Assembly (NCBI RefSeq): GCF_004010195.1
Contig: NC_057728.1
Span: 8,332,704 to 8,379,122 of the forward strand
Direction: 5' to 3'
DNA from: Chiloscyllium plagiosum
Taxonomy: Eukaryota
Length of the DNA: 46,419 bases
A program made the translations under genes and the position numbers. Each line of letters starts with the position of its first letter. Positions within the stretch are counted from its first letter, which is position 1. Of the stretch, positions 24,431 through 37,357 are shown in pieces. The notes below the pieces were generated by a model, which saw only the letters and a list, made by a program, of their open reading frames with translations, had not been told where the DNA came from and made no database searches.

Positions 24431-27400
24431 GGTTGTCAGTACTGGCCTGAGCTCCAAGGCTTTATCACTGAATCTGGAGTTCACATTAAAATGTTCCCTG
24501 CAACTCCAGCTTTGTCACTGACTTAGAACAACAGGCAGCGTGGCCTTAACAATCCATATCTTTTTTTTTGAGATGAGATAAAGCCTTAAAAGTCGATATT
24601 TGTAGATGTTCTTCGTTCCAATCAAAGCAGTCAAACCTTTGCATCTCTGAGAGGCAATTAATTGATTGCCAAAAGCTGAGGATTTGAGTTGCAATTAAGC
24701 AAAGAGCTCTTCCTACAAGTTGCCTCTTGCTGTTTCAGTTCATTAGTGGATTCTATGCCCTTCGCAGAAATTGAACAAAGAACAGTAAGATCAGAAGAGG
24801 CAGTAAGGTACTTGTGATTAGCTGTAAGTCTCTAATTTTCTCTCCTCCGTGGTGATTCATGTTTTAAACATAAACTATCTGGCTTTCCTCCCACATTTGG
24901 GCAGTCAGAAAGTTGAAAGGCTCTTATAATTTTGTCCCTTTGACCTTTTTGCATTCTCAGTCTCAGTGCAATTGGGTATCCTCCAGCTGACCAATAATGA
25001 TGCTTTACTTTGACCAGGACGCAAGGAGGCTTTGTTCTCAGAAGTTCTGTGTATCTGCTGAAAGTTTTGCCACATGGTTGTTTTTCTAGTTTACATTAAC
25101 CTCGGCTGTTCCAGATGAAGCATGCATAGGTGTGAGCATGATTCTGGAGAAAGAAGTGACTGAGTGACATTGTGGATGACCATAGTCCTCTTCATCACCT
25201 TTGTTAGTGAAATTGCCAAGACAGTGGTTTAAATGAGCTCTTCATGATATTAGCATTGGATAAGCCCTCCCATGCCCAACAGAATACATCAGTTGTATAT
25301 GAATGAATCTCCTGGAGCTGAAGCAGCTGGCTGTGTTACTGCTTTCAGCTGACAGAGCAGTTGTTGATGGCGGTGGGGAGGTGCAGTTAGTTCTACCATC
25401 TGTCCACAAGCTGGCAGTGTGATGGGAGTGGTTCAGGAGGCTGTAGGTGGTTGATCAGACCTCTCGCTTGAGGAGCTCTGTGTGCTGGTCACATTGTACA
25501 GGAATTTGTTTCTCCTGCTTGACTTAACATCCTCACCTCAATAGCCAGAACTCTGAAGAGGTGGAACCCATTGCTGAGTTGATGCAACTTGTGATGTATT
25601 CCTCTTTATTTTTAGACTCCATGGATTGGTGTTGAATTTGTTCTTTAGAACTAGAGGGAAATGTTTCCCTGGGGCAGTACTCCAAGTATGTGAGGTGTTC
25701 AGCTATTAGAAGCCCTTCAGCTCATCTGACCTCATTCTTTCACTCACTTTGACTTCCCTTCCTGGCAACATACAACAGCCCTTCTGTGGACAGAAGCACT
25801 CTCACTGCTGTCCTAATTTCACTCTTTGCAACCTTTAATCTGTGTCCGTCATCCTGTTTCTTTATTACAAGTTAAACTGACGTTACAGCCTCACTTCAAT
25901 TGAAGTTAAATACCTAAAATCCCCTGAAATATCTAATTTCCACAGTTATCTTGTCATTATCCAACCGGCTGTCTCATTGATTGGCTCAGTCACATTTCCG
26001 TTTGTTCCTTTCTGATTGTTTCTATGTAGCAGGAGGCCCTTTTGAAATGAGCCTTGGTTACGTTGTTGAGCCAGTGTGAAGGTTCTTTAGCCTGAACCCT
26101 AAGCTCAATCACAAACATGCCCCATTTCCTTCAAACTACTATCCTTAGCTTGATAAGCTGGAAACTTCATTCAGAAGTTATATTGATATTGCGTTAAATA
26201 TAAAGTGGTGACCTTAAATAGATCTTCATCCTCCATGACACATCATTTCCACTCAAATCCCCAAGAGCTCTCTGATCTGATGTGAAGTTAACTTCTGCTT
26301 CTCCTTCAAACACTCTCATGCTTTTTTGAAACATGATGGTTTCTGTAAGTTGTCTCAAGGAGCCTTAATTGAGCCAGTGTGGTATTCCGCCTAACAGCAG
26401 ATCAATTGCCTCACAGCTGCAGAGCAGTGAAGGGATTAGAGTGTGGAATTCTAACCAGCATCAAGTGAGGCAGGGGCTGTGATCAAATATTTCTCACTTA
26501 TCATCCTTGGCAAGCAACAGAACATTTCTGGCCTGTTATGGGACTCTTCACTAGCAGAGCACTGAATTCAGATGTATGTGTGTGATTAAGTGTACTTAGG
26601 AAATTTTACATTCTTGCAGAAAATTGTGTTTTGTACATATCGAGACCTCTAAAACATGTCAGCATTGGAGGCTATGTTTCAAGACACTGCGCCCTAATAT
26701 CCCCTTTCAAAATATAGCACTGTGCATGTGTCTCATGCTGGAAGCTGAGGCATTGATTGTAGCCTTTTACAGCATTTGAAATAGGCCATTTCATCCAATT
26801 GGGCCTGTTCCATCTTTTTGAAAGTGTTCAATTCGTCCCAATCCCTTGCATTTTCCCAAAGTTTGACAATATCTTTTTATCCCTTTTCAAGTATTTATCC
26901 CATTCCCTACCATCCATCTTCAGGCAAGTAACTTTTAGAGCATAATTGCATGCTGTTGCAAAACAAAATTCTCATGTTCCCTAATTTGCCCTTATCATAC
27001 TTGTGTGTTTCCTGCATGCCAACCCTTCCAGCAGTGAAAACCATTTCATCATTTCTTTATTTATCTGTCTATTATTTAGCAATGCAAACAAGAAAAACGT
27101 GAAGCAAAGCTTTTTATCTTGCACTCAACAGGACGGAGGTGCAAGAAGCATAAAAATAACTTGGAAACAACTTTTGGTTGGATTGTGTCACGGAGAGGCA
27201 GTAGGAACTATTAACTGTTTCATTTCTGTACTAACCACAAAGTGTCCTCTTCCCAAGCTACTTAGATGGTTGTTTCCTTAGGTTGTTGATATTTTCTCAT
27301 CAACCTGTTCACTTGTGTGAACTCGGTCCTCCTGGCAGACAGGTAGATACACTACCACAGTGCCTCAAGAGCCCTTTGTTTCCTTTCTAAAGTTGCTTTT

Positions 27401-27470
27401 CTTGCATTTCAATGTGTAAGACAAAATCTTTTGAGTTTTTTTGTCCCTTCTTGGGAACATTCACCTTCTG

Positions 27471-27564
27471 AGCTTAAAAATGTGTTGCTGGAAAAGCGCA
27501 GCAGGTCAGGCAGCATCCAAGGAGAAGGAGAATCGATGTTTCGGGCATAAGCCCTTCTTCAGGA
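27471..27564 (-). mobile_element. 94-nt PLE pLTR-only insertion containing a hammerhead motif
   Basis: Perfect 12-bp TSD attcaccttctg (27459-27470 and 27565-27576); reverse complement CTGAAGA a GGGC ttat GCCC GAAAC ATC. Confidence 0.85.
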
Positions 27565-28039
27565 ATTCACCTTCTGTACAATTAAGTATTTAATCAGGAA
27601 ATGCTTGGTGGATTGCTAGGAAATTTCTCTGGAGCTCTCTCGATTAGCCACTGGAATTTTGACCACAATTCCACTTCTATAGCTTATCCTGGTTCTCCAC
27701 TTATTCCTCCGCTCCGATACTGATAATTGATGCCTCTCACCAGCCACCATCGCTTCTACCAGCAGGAAGATCTCTCCTTACTCATCTTGAATTTTAAGCC
27801 CTGACTTTCAAACATCCTCCATTTGCTGTGTCAAATCTATATCTGTCTGACAGTCTCCCCTCTTATGGACTCAGATCTGCGCTGCCTGTTCACTGAATTT
27901 CTGTCTGTGGCCAACATTGCTGCCCTCGGTGCTGAGTTAATGGAAAGTACAGGTGAAGCTTTATTGATTGATTTGAAAATCAGTGTCATTGTGGAGAAAT
28001 GAGGATGGTCGTTTTGCTGCACATCGTGCAATTGCCCTT

Positions 28040-28673
28040 TGCTGTGGATCAGACCAGACTCTTTCAAAATATTTAAAGGAGTAGCCTAGACCCTAACTTA
28101 CTCTTATTTTAAAGGCAGATGTAAAGTGCTGTGTTCCCGATGTAATGTGACCAATCACAATACCTGGCGTTTAGCAAAACACAAGTTATTCAAATACCAT
28201 AGTTAAAATACACCAAAAGAAAGAATGACAGCATTATCGTAAAGCTTATCAGAATACCACAGTAACTATGACAAGTTAACTTTTGCAATGTAGTAACATC
28301 CCATTAAACCGCACCTTGGCAAAAAGGCAACTTCAGAAAATAGACTTTCTCACACACAACGCCCACATTTGGAAGAGAAACTCCAGCTTCTAGCTGTAAC
28401 CAAAAGAGAGGAAAAAGTAACTTCTACTTCTTCAAGACTCCAGCAGGTTCTGCTGAATCTAAAAATATAAAAAAAAAACTAGAAATTCTGGTCTGAGAGA
28501 GCTGGCCACACCCATCCAGGCTGCTTCTATTGTTCCAACTATTAAAAAAAAACTCCCAAGAATTTACAAGCAGTTCACACTGGTGGCACTGATTAGTCAG
28601 CACCTCTGCCTTGAACTTGTCTTCAAAAAAAAACTAGAACAAATTAACCTCTTAAAGCCACAGCATCGTAACA
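28040..28673 (-). mobile_element. Probable solo LTR
   Basis: TG...CA ends, imperfect 5-bp TSD ccctt/cactt, second partial copy at 3181-3341; orientation tentative. Confidence 0.5.
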
Positions 28674-29133
28674 CACTTACAAAAGCAAATACTTAAAATC
28701 TGAAATATAAACTGCAAGTGCTCAGCAGGTCAGACATTGTCGTTGGAGAGAGAAATGCAGAACCACAGGTGGGGTATCTTGAAGTAGAGTTGGTGGGAAG
28801 TTTAACAATGTAGGCATTGGTGAAAAGTCAGGTGAAAGGAAGGGGGTTTGACTAGGGTGGCTGTGAACCAGTAGATTGTGCCCAGATGCAGTGACGAAAA
28901 TGAGGATGGCACAAAGCAAAAGGAGATGCTCATAGGTCAAAGAATGAAAGTGAGAAGCTGAAACCAGGGAAAATATAAACGGTTGAGGCAGAAAATAAAT
29001 TTGCAAATTGATGCTTCTGCCCTGGTGCCGCTTTTTTTTTACCCCTCCTTCAGTTCGAAATATTTTTATGAAAATGAAATGGATCAATGCCACTGGCAGC
29101 TCATTTTAACTTGTAGCTCCTGTCTCTCTCCAG

Positions 29134-29267
29134 CTCATCCGTACTGGATTAGGTCGATCAACGACACCATGCAAGATATCGGGAGTGACTTCACCTGGCA
29201 TTGTGAAGCAGGAGGCAAACCGCAGCCCACTTACAAATGGCTCCGTAATGGAGAGGTCATCCATGGG
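29134..29267 (+). CDS. CNTN1: Contactin exon, first half of Ig4: AHPYWIRSINDTMQDIGSDFTWHCEAGGKPQPTYKWLRNGEVIHG
   Basis: ctctccag acceptor, GGG|gtatga donor; 134 nt, phase 1/0; INDT..DIGSD..W.C...GKP.P...WL.NG motif. Confidence 0.92.
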
Positions 29268-29676
29268 GTATGAAGCTGTGCTTGCATTCTCGCTGGGGTT
29301 GTCTAAGTTTGCTGCTGTTGTGTACCCACTTTTACACTCAGGAGAAAGAAGGGGAATGCATGGTCTGGGCCCATGCACAGTCTGTGTGCCCTGCTTGCTT
29401 TTGAATAGGAATGGCAAGTTCATGCTTATTGATCTCTGCTTCCATTCTAGAGAAGTCCTTCCTCGTGCAGTCTGTAAGTATACGCCAAGCACACAGTCAA
29501 CGATTTGGGTTTTTCTGCAAGTATCAATGTTTACCTCTCCCTTTCTCCAGGTCCCGGTCTGAAAGTGATAAACTCTTTGTAGTGCGTTGCTGGGAATATA
29601 CAAAAGTTCCACGGAGTTTTGATCTAAATGCGACCGAGTTCCCTTTTTCAGATCTGCTCATTTCAACTGTGTGCAG

Positions 29677-29806
29677 GCCCGGTTTCGAGTGAATCGAGGG
29701 GACCTGCGGATTTCTCGACTGACTTTGCAAGATTCCGGAATGTACCAATGTGTGACAGAGAACAAGTATGGATCCCTGTACTCCAACGCTGAGCTGAAAG
29801 TTCTGG
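29677..29806 (+). CDS. CNTN1: Contactin exon, second half of Ig4: ARFRVNRGDLRISRLTLQDSGMYQCVTENKYGSLYSNAELKVL
   Basis: gtgcag acceptor, G|gttggt donor; 130 nt, phase 0/1; DSGMYQC and YSNAEL motifs. Confidence 0.92.
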
Positions 29807-30445
29807 GTTGGTATTCAGAGTACAATGTTGCCCCGAGTTCGGTGAAAATTCTTCATCTCGCATGGTTCTGCCAAACCTCTATGATTCATGGAAGGAGATC
29901 AGGGCTTTGGAGAGGGTGCAGAGACATTAAAGCAGAGCAGTAGTCAGATAGGATGAAAGACCTCTGTTATGCTGAAGTCTTCAAAGATGTTATGGTTTCG
30001 GGCAAGATTTAATAGTGGAGTTCAAAATGATGACATGTTTACAAAGAATAAATAGAGAGAAACTATGTCCACTGGCGGGGGGAATGGTAACCAAAAGAAC
30101 ATATTTAAAGTAACTACAAAAGGTATTGGGAGTGATGAAAGGGCCTGTTCTGAGCTGTTATGTTTCCATGTAAAGCTACCAAGGGACATGGAGCTAAGGT
30201 GAGTAAAATGAGCTGCAAATGGAGCCTTTTTATGGGATAAGCAGATTAAGGAGGATTGAATGACATATGGTTCCTGCTGTTCAGTTGATAAAGCAGGGTT
30301 GTGTTCCCCAGTTAGATTTCCTCACCCATACATCCTAATAAAGCAAAATCAAATGGATTTGGAGGAAGGGAAAAGTGACACTTTGCAGAGAGTAAGCTTT
30401 CCTTAAACTCCTGGCTTTCTGATCCTGTCCTGTGGTTTCCTTCAG

Positions 30446-30596
30446 CTTCAGGCCCAGACTTCAGGTTGAACCCAGTGAAGAAGAAACTGCTGGGGGCCAG
30501 GGGAGGCAAGGTGTTGATGGATTGCAAACCCAAGGCCGCTCCCAAGGCAACCTTCATGTGGAGTAAAGGCACCGAGCTCATCAAGAATAATTCCAG
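30446..30596 (+). CDS. CNTN1: Contactin exon, Ig5: [50 protein letters not shown](R)
   Basis: ccttcag acceptor, AG|gtcagt donor; 151 nt, phase 1/2; CKPKAAPK and WSKGTE motifs. Not in the ORF track. Confidence 0.95.
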
Positions 30597-30886
30597 GTCA
30601 GTGAAATGAATCCACGCATGAGTGTGATGGATGGTATGTCATGGGATGGTTTGGCTTGCCAAGGCAGACATGGTGACCTAGAAAATTCTCCCAGTGTAAA
30701 TTGGAAACTCCGTACTCTCTAGGAATCCTTTAGATTATACTGTGCTTTATAAGAAACACTGTGGCTACTAAAATACTGACGAGTTAGCCATTAAACCCTT
30801 CAGACACAATGAAAATGTTCATGCTACTCATTCAAATTTCAATAGTTTGAACTCAAATGATTTTCATTTACACATATATAAATAAC

Positions 30887-31123
30887 GGGTTTAGGGTGAG
30901 AGGGGAAAGATGTAAAAGAGACCTAAGGGGCAACTTTTTTACGCAGAGGGTGGTACGTGTATGGAATGAGTTGCCAGAGGATGTGGTGGAGGCTGGTACA
31001 ATTTGCGAGGCATTTGGATGGGTATATGAATAGGAAGGGTTTGGAGGGATGTGGGCTGGGTGGTGGCAGGTGGGATTAGATTGGGTCTGTTTCCATGCTG
31101 TACATCTCTATGACTCTCTGACT
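30887..31123 (+). mobile_element. CR1 3' end
   Basis: Closely matches the reverse complement of 6280-6550; tail ctctatgactct. Confidence 0.88.
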
Positions 31124-32444
31124 CCCATTAGTTTACACTGAGTTAGTGGGTGGATGGTGACTAAATGAATGAGAAGGTGGGTGAGTTGGGTAGTTGGTTG
31201 TTTTAGTGAGGTAGCCAGATGGTCAGTGGTTAGCAATTGGGAGAGTCATTGTTAAGCTGGGTTACCCAGCTGTTTGACCATACATATGTGTAGGTAAATA
31301 TTCAGGCAAGACCCACATATCTGACCCCAAGTCTTCAGCCTAAGGTCAGGGTCCTGGGCAGTGGGAATCAGAAGTTTAAACTTCCTGGGTACTTCCCACG
31401 TATATCTAGAATCAGGAATGTCTTGGGGTTCTGTGGCTTTGGAGACTGGAAGTTTTGGGCCAGTATTTTTAACCTGTAATTTCACGGAGCTGGATAGCTT
31501 GCAATGTCCACAATTCAGCATTTTGTTTTCAATCATTCACTGAAGTGCGTGTCAGGGCCAGGAATTATTACCCATTACTAGTTGCCTCAGAAAACATGCT
31601 GCTTTTTGAACCTCTGCGGTTCCTGTCATTTACCCCCAGGAGGCAACCTGGAGGTAGTGGCATTCCTGCAGAGATGTTGCTCTTGTCATTTTAGATATTG
31701 GAGTTCATGGGTTTGGAAGGTCCTGCCGAAGGAGCCATAGTGACCTACTGCAGTGCATCCTGTGGTTGCTGTGAAGGTAGTGGGCAAGCTACCTGATGGA
31801 TGGTTTAGATTGCATCAGGTTTTATGAGTCCATTTGGGGCAGCACTTCAGCCAGTGGTTGTTTTGAGGGAGAGCTGCCAAGTGCTGAAGTGGTGCAATGT
31901 ATGAAAAGATAGGAAGCTCAAAGCTTGTCGAGGGCTGTGGAGCAGAAAGGACAGGATCACATGAGCCGCTCATTATATTCCCAGCTGATATCCAATTCGG
32001 TTTCTTCAGAAATGTTGAGCAGCAAGTGGAATTTTTGAAACGCGTCTGTCCACCATTACTGTCAGAACTTCGATACCAAAAGCAACCAATTCAACTCCTG
32101 GCAGGAGTTCTCGCCTTTGCACCATGCAATATTCGGTTCACTTTTAGTGAGAGAAGATCTCAGCCTGTTGAAGACTAGAATCCATTGAGCAAAGTGGGGA
32201 GGTGCACATGGAATGAGAGGTGAAGGAGGTTGAATTCTGTTGAACTGTGCTCGTTTTTTTTGTTGTTTATCTTTCAGAAGCTGGGCACAGGTAGATTAAT
32301 GTTGGGTAATATACGTAGCTCATTTCAGTCAGTCTGAAGAATCAAATATGAAGAGGATGGCAGGAGAGTGAAAACAGCTCACTGAAAGGAACCTTTCCGG
32401 GTGAGAATTGGCAGAAGTCATAGAACACCAGATTTAGTTTCTAT

Positions 32445-32760
32445 AAAATGTCAGAAACTCTGGATAAATTCATCAGGCCGGGCAGCATCTGTGGAGAGAA
32501 AGACACAGCCAATGTTTCAGGTGGATCACCTGTCTTCAGGTCCAAAAGGTGTCGGTCACTCAGAGCCATGGAACAGGCCGGGAGGTTCCGGGAAAGAGCA
32601 CTGGAAAGAGGGCTGAAATAGCGTGGAATCTGGAAGTGACTGAGACACAACATTGCAAGACAAAAGGAGATGAGAAAGCAAGTTTGTCAACAAAATATGG
32701 GCCCAGAAGAGGTTACAGAGTCATAGCAGAGAGGGAGGATCTGAACAAAATAAGAAGGCT
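32445..32760 (-). mobile_element. Old PLE 3' end with hammerhead remnant (32508-32540)
   Basis: Reverse complement CTGAAGA c AGGTG atc CACCT GAAAC ATT...ctctccacagatgctgcc. Confidence 0.6.
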
Positions 32761-33699
32761 TCCATAGCCCAGGACTATTGGAGAGAAGAACACCAAGAAG
32801 GCTTCTGGAGTGTGAAACCTCCATGGACTATGTATTGCGTTCTCAAGTGCAGCGTTTAAATGTTGCTCTATTTATCATCTTCCATGTTTGTTCTTGAATG
32901 CTTTGTCTGTAAGATCGGAGAACAGCTTTTAGCTATCACCTGTGCGGCACCAGGTCTTATTGAAGATTGCTGACAGCTGTTGGGAAAGATGATAATTTTC
33001 CCTGTTATGATAGTGCTGCAGTTCTATACAATGCTAACCCAGCCTATTGGTTGGAAATTCCTGCATTGTTTCATTCATATACTGGGAAATAATGTTACTT
33101 TTCACAAAATAATGTGTCCAGTTTTGTGGGAATATGAATATTGATTGACCTTTGGCCAGCCCCACTGAATCATTGCAATTATTTCTTGCTGCAGTGCTGA
33201 CTTATCCTCAACCATATGGAACACTCTCATTTACCGTGACATCTTTCAGTTATCGTATACCCTCCACGCCACTGTGGCTTTAACATGGATGTTCCTGTCG
33301 GTGACAGGCTTGTGATTGTTGCTGATTTGGTGACATCACCTTTAAACGCATAACAGGTTATCGACCCATTTAGTGAAGAAAATCCTGGGCATCTTTGGTT
33401 CAAACTTCATAACTGCCTCCTCTCCGGACTCTCAATCCTTCCACATTCCTGGCCCCATTACAATAGCTGAGAATTTTCTGTTCCTTCCTTGAACAGAAGC
33501 TCAAATAGCCTCCAGCTTCCACCATTGTCATTTGCACAACTGAATTTATTCTCTCATTGAGCAATTTCCCCTTTACCTTGTCTTACTTCATGATAATAAA
33601 AACATGGGCAGAAGCCTTATTTATGCCTTTCTGCTGTGGTATGTTCATTGTTGTTCTTGTAGTTAGGCCCCTTCACCAGCCTCTATCTCCATACATCAA

Positions 33700-34672
33700 T
33701 GATTGTGTCAATGCCACTTCAATTGATGATGGAACCAGCAAGAGGGGAAAACCTATTTGATCTTGTCTTTACCCAGCTACCTGTTCCAGGAGCATTTGGC
33801 CACAGACAGTATCAGTAGGTGATCCCTTCCATCATGATGTGTGACACGATTATCACACTAAATGAGAGAGATTCAGAACAGATCTGGCACCTCAAAACAG
33901 GGCACTCAAGAGGAGCTGTGGGTGCCATCAGCGGAAGATTGGTATTCAACCACAATTTGTAACTTTAGGACTCAGCGTATCCCTCTCGCCATACCTAGTG
34001 TCGAGCTGGAAGATTAACCCGAGTTTGATGAAGAGCGCAGAAGGGCATGACAGAAGCCAGAGCCAAGCTAAAACTCGGGTGTCAACTGGCGAAGGCGTGT
34101 TAATGGAATACTTGCGTGCCAAAGCAGTGAAAGCAGCAAGTGATAGGGAGGGCGAGGTGATGGCAGAAAGAACTGATCAGGTCGAAACTCTGCAGTCTTC
34201 CCACATTCAGTCCACCATGCTGGTGGATTATTCGACAGCTGATTCAAGTGAGGACTAAACCGATATCCCCATTATTCCCTCAAAATATCAATGCAAAACT
34301 CAAACCTGCAGCATTTGTGGCAATCTTCAGCCGCAGATGCGGAGTAGATGATCCACCTTGTGCTCTTCTTGAGATCCCAGCCTCACAAATGCAAGTCGTC
34401 AAACAAATTGATTCACTCAGAGTATCGAGGCAGAGCTGAATACTGCAAAGTTGCTGACAATATTCTAGCAATTGTCCTGAATACTTGTATTCCAGTTCAA
34501 CCACAATGCTGATGTCTGCCCAGCAATGACGACAATTGCTCGATTTGGGTTTTGCCAGTGTTACCCAATCTCTGACCACATTGCAACCTTGGTTCAAATG
34601 TAGACAAAATAGCTGACGAGGTGAGGTGGGAGTGACTGATCTCGACATCAAGACAGCAGTTACTCGAGGCAT
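33700..34672 (+). mobile_element. Degenerate CR1/L2-superfamily LINE fragment
   Basis: Ends in gaggtgaggtgggagtgactgatctcgacatcaagacag, matching 9570-9610. Confidence 0.5.
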
Positions 34673-34675
34673 GAC

Positions 34676-35011
34676 AGGGTGGCTGAGTGGTTAGCACTGC
34701 TGCCTCACAGCGCCAAGGACCCAGGTTTGATTCCAGCTTTGGGCGAGTGTCTGTGTGGAGTTTGCACATTCTCCCTCTGTCTGCGTGGGTTTCCTCTGGA
34801 AGCTCCCGTTTCCTCCCACAGTCCAAAGATGTGCAGGTCAGGCCATGCTAAATTGCCTGTAGCATCCATGGATGTGAAGGCTAGGTGGATTAGTCAGGGG
34901 AAATGCAGGGTTACAGGGTTGGGGGATGCATCTGGGTGGGATGCCCATTAGAGAATGAGTGTGGACTTGATGGGCTGAATGGCCTGCTTCCATGCTGTAG
35001 GGATTCTATGA
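34676..35011 (+). mobile_element. HE1/V-SINE
   Basis: Box A, box B, V-domain and gtagggattctatga tail. Confidence 0.9.
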
Positions 35012-35167
35012 AATGTTGAAGGAAGAAACAAACATTGGAGTGTTACTCTGTCCAGCAAACAACTTCAAGGCACCTCTTACTCATGCAGGATTGTATTTAA
35101 ATATGCTTAAGGCACTGAGAGGGTCTAATAACCGAACAGACCCCCATTTAACTTCAGTAGAAACGCC

Positions 35168-36630
35168 TCAGATGGTGGTCTTTACCCACTGTGCCATGGC
35201 TCCAGCTGCCTCAAGCTTTAGTGTGTGCCTCAGCATGTGTCCTTGGAGTGTGTCCATCTGTAACACTTGGTTGAGGTCAACTCCTTGCTCTGGAAGACCC
35301 GGTTTCGGGGCAGACCAGAGAGTGTCTTTCAGCGAGGTAATGGTCCTCCCAGCACAGTTGGTGTTTATCTCCTGGCGAACAGACCATAGAGCACAGAGTC
35401 CTGTGTCACAGAGCTGTTTGGGATGATCCTTGACTAAAACCAGTGCATATCTCTCTGGATTGCCTTTGCAAAGGCACATTCCAGAAGGAGATGTGTAACA
35501 GTCTCTATCCCCGCGCAATCCACTTCGAGTGTAAGGTGCATTCGTGCAGAGGGTCTGGGCATACATGATGGATCTCACAGGTAGTGCCCTTCTTACCACC
35601 AGCCAAGTGATGTTTGGTGCTTTTGGAAAGTTCTGGTGAGGAGGCATTCTGCCTAATTAGTTTGACAGTCTAATCAGGGAACCACGCAATAGAATCAAAC
35701 CTCCTTTACTCACAGGGTCTCAAAGACGCTAGGTGCTGACCACTTCCTGATGGGCTGGTGGTCAAAGGTGTTTTTCTTTGCAAATGTCTCTGTCAAGGAC
35801 AAGTGATACAGTATGGTCCAAATACTTGGAGCATTCTCCAGCAACGAGGCCAGATCCATCCTTCGTAACACCGGGGACAGGTAGAATCACAGTACATAGT
35901 GATAGTGCTGGGGATAAAATAAGCACTACCGCACTTAGGCGGTAGTGTGGGGGTTAAAAAAAGAAAAAAAAGAAAGGGGAAAAAAAAAAAAACAGGAGAT
36001 TTGGCGACTTGGGTGTTTTCCCTTTTAAAAAAAAAAGGAAAAAAAAATAGAATCAAACCTCCTTTACTCACAGGGTCTCAAAGACGCTAGGTGCTGACCA
36101 CTTCCTGATGGGCTGGTGGTCAAAGGTGTTTTTCTTTGCAAATGTCTCTGTCAAGGACAAGTGATACAGTATGGTCCAAATACTTGGAGCATTCTCCAGC
36201 AACGAGGCCAGATCCATCCTTCGTAACACCGGGGACAGGTAGAATCACAGTACATAGTGATAGTTAGCATTTGTGGACTGTGGGTCGACACACAGCTTGA
36301 TGCAGCTGCACACAAAGGTGGCCATCAGGATGACGATGGCCTTGGGTACATTCTTCCCCTCCTTATCCATAGCTTTGTACATGGTGTCCATGTAGACACG
36401 GTCAAACTTAGGCCTTCAGATGAAGTGGAAGATGGCTCGGATGACTGAAATGGTGCAAGTTTGGGGAAGGAGCCAGACCTGTACCACGTACAATAACAGA
36501 GAGTGCCTCACAACTGATGACCAGGTTTACATGAACAATGGAGAGAGCACGGTGCTTCCAAAAGGCCAGTTTTTGTTTCACTTTGGTGATGCACTCCTCC
36601 CAATAACAGGAAAGAACTAAAAGGAATTGA
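35168..36630 (-). mobile_element. Degenerate Tx1/L1-clade LINE, ORF2 C-terminal region
   Basis: WEECITKVKQKLAFWKHRALSIV..NLVI, WLVVRRALPVRS, decayed CCHC knuckle, KDTLWSA, ...AQWVKTTI*. Confidence 0.75.
35688..36264 (+). repeat. Perfect 219-bp direct duplication (35688-35906 and 36046-36264) flanking a 139-bp A-tailed insert
   Basis: Both copies read identical by eye, aatagaatcaaacc...catagtgatagt. Confidence 0.9.
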
Positions 36631-37012
36631 ACAGATGACTTGTTGTCACATATCTCAGGAGATACAGTGAGAAGTGTTCTGTTGCCACAACCCAGTCCCA
36701 TTTTGAGGCACAAAAGAATAAACAGAAAGTACTTGGACTTTAGCTTCATTTGCCTTGGGTTCCAAACACAGCTCCAAGGTCTCTGCAAGGTCCCCACTCC
36801 AGGCTACCGCCTCCAGGATTCCCCACTTTGCCATTGCTGCAACTGATGCCTCACCGTCAATTCCAGGAAGAGTTTGAAAACTTTCTGTGAATAAGAGGGA
36901 GCCAACATGGATTCATGACCGGCCAGTCATGCCTACAAACTTCTTAGTACTTTTTGAAGAGATGACTGAAGTTGTGACAGGGGATTGTCTGTAGATGTTT
37001 TTTACATAGATC

Positions 37013-37357
37013 GTAGAATCATAGGATCCCTACAGTATGGAAACAGGCCATTCGGCCTAGGAAGTCCACACCGACCCTCCGAAGAGTAACCCATCCAGAC
37101 CCATTCCCCCACCATGTTACTCTACATTTACCCCGAACTAATCCACTTAACCGACACATCCTTGAACACAATGGGCAATTTAGCATGGCCAATTCACCTA
37201 ACCTGCACATCTTTGGACTGTGGGAGGAAATCAGAACACCTGGAGCAAACCCACACAGACACAGGGAGAATGTGCAAAGTGCACACAGACAGTTGCTCGA
37301 GGGTGAATTGAACCCGGGTTCCTAGCACTGTCAGTCACAGTGCTAACCACTGAGCCA
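37013..37357 (-). mobile_element. HE1/V-SINE
   Basis: Reverse-complement V-domain, box A/B and tail. Confidence 0.88.

Noticed and set aside
29250-29262. Alternative donor GAG|gtcatc that would shorten the Ig4 exon towards CNTN1 length
   Set aside because: Poor donor consensus compared with GGG|gtatga; no support without RNA data.
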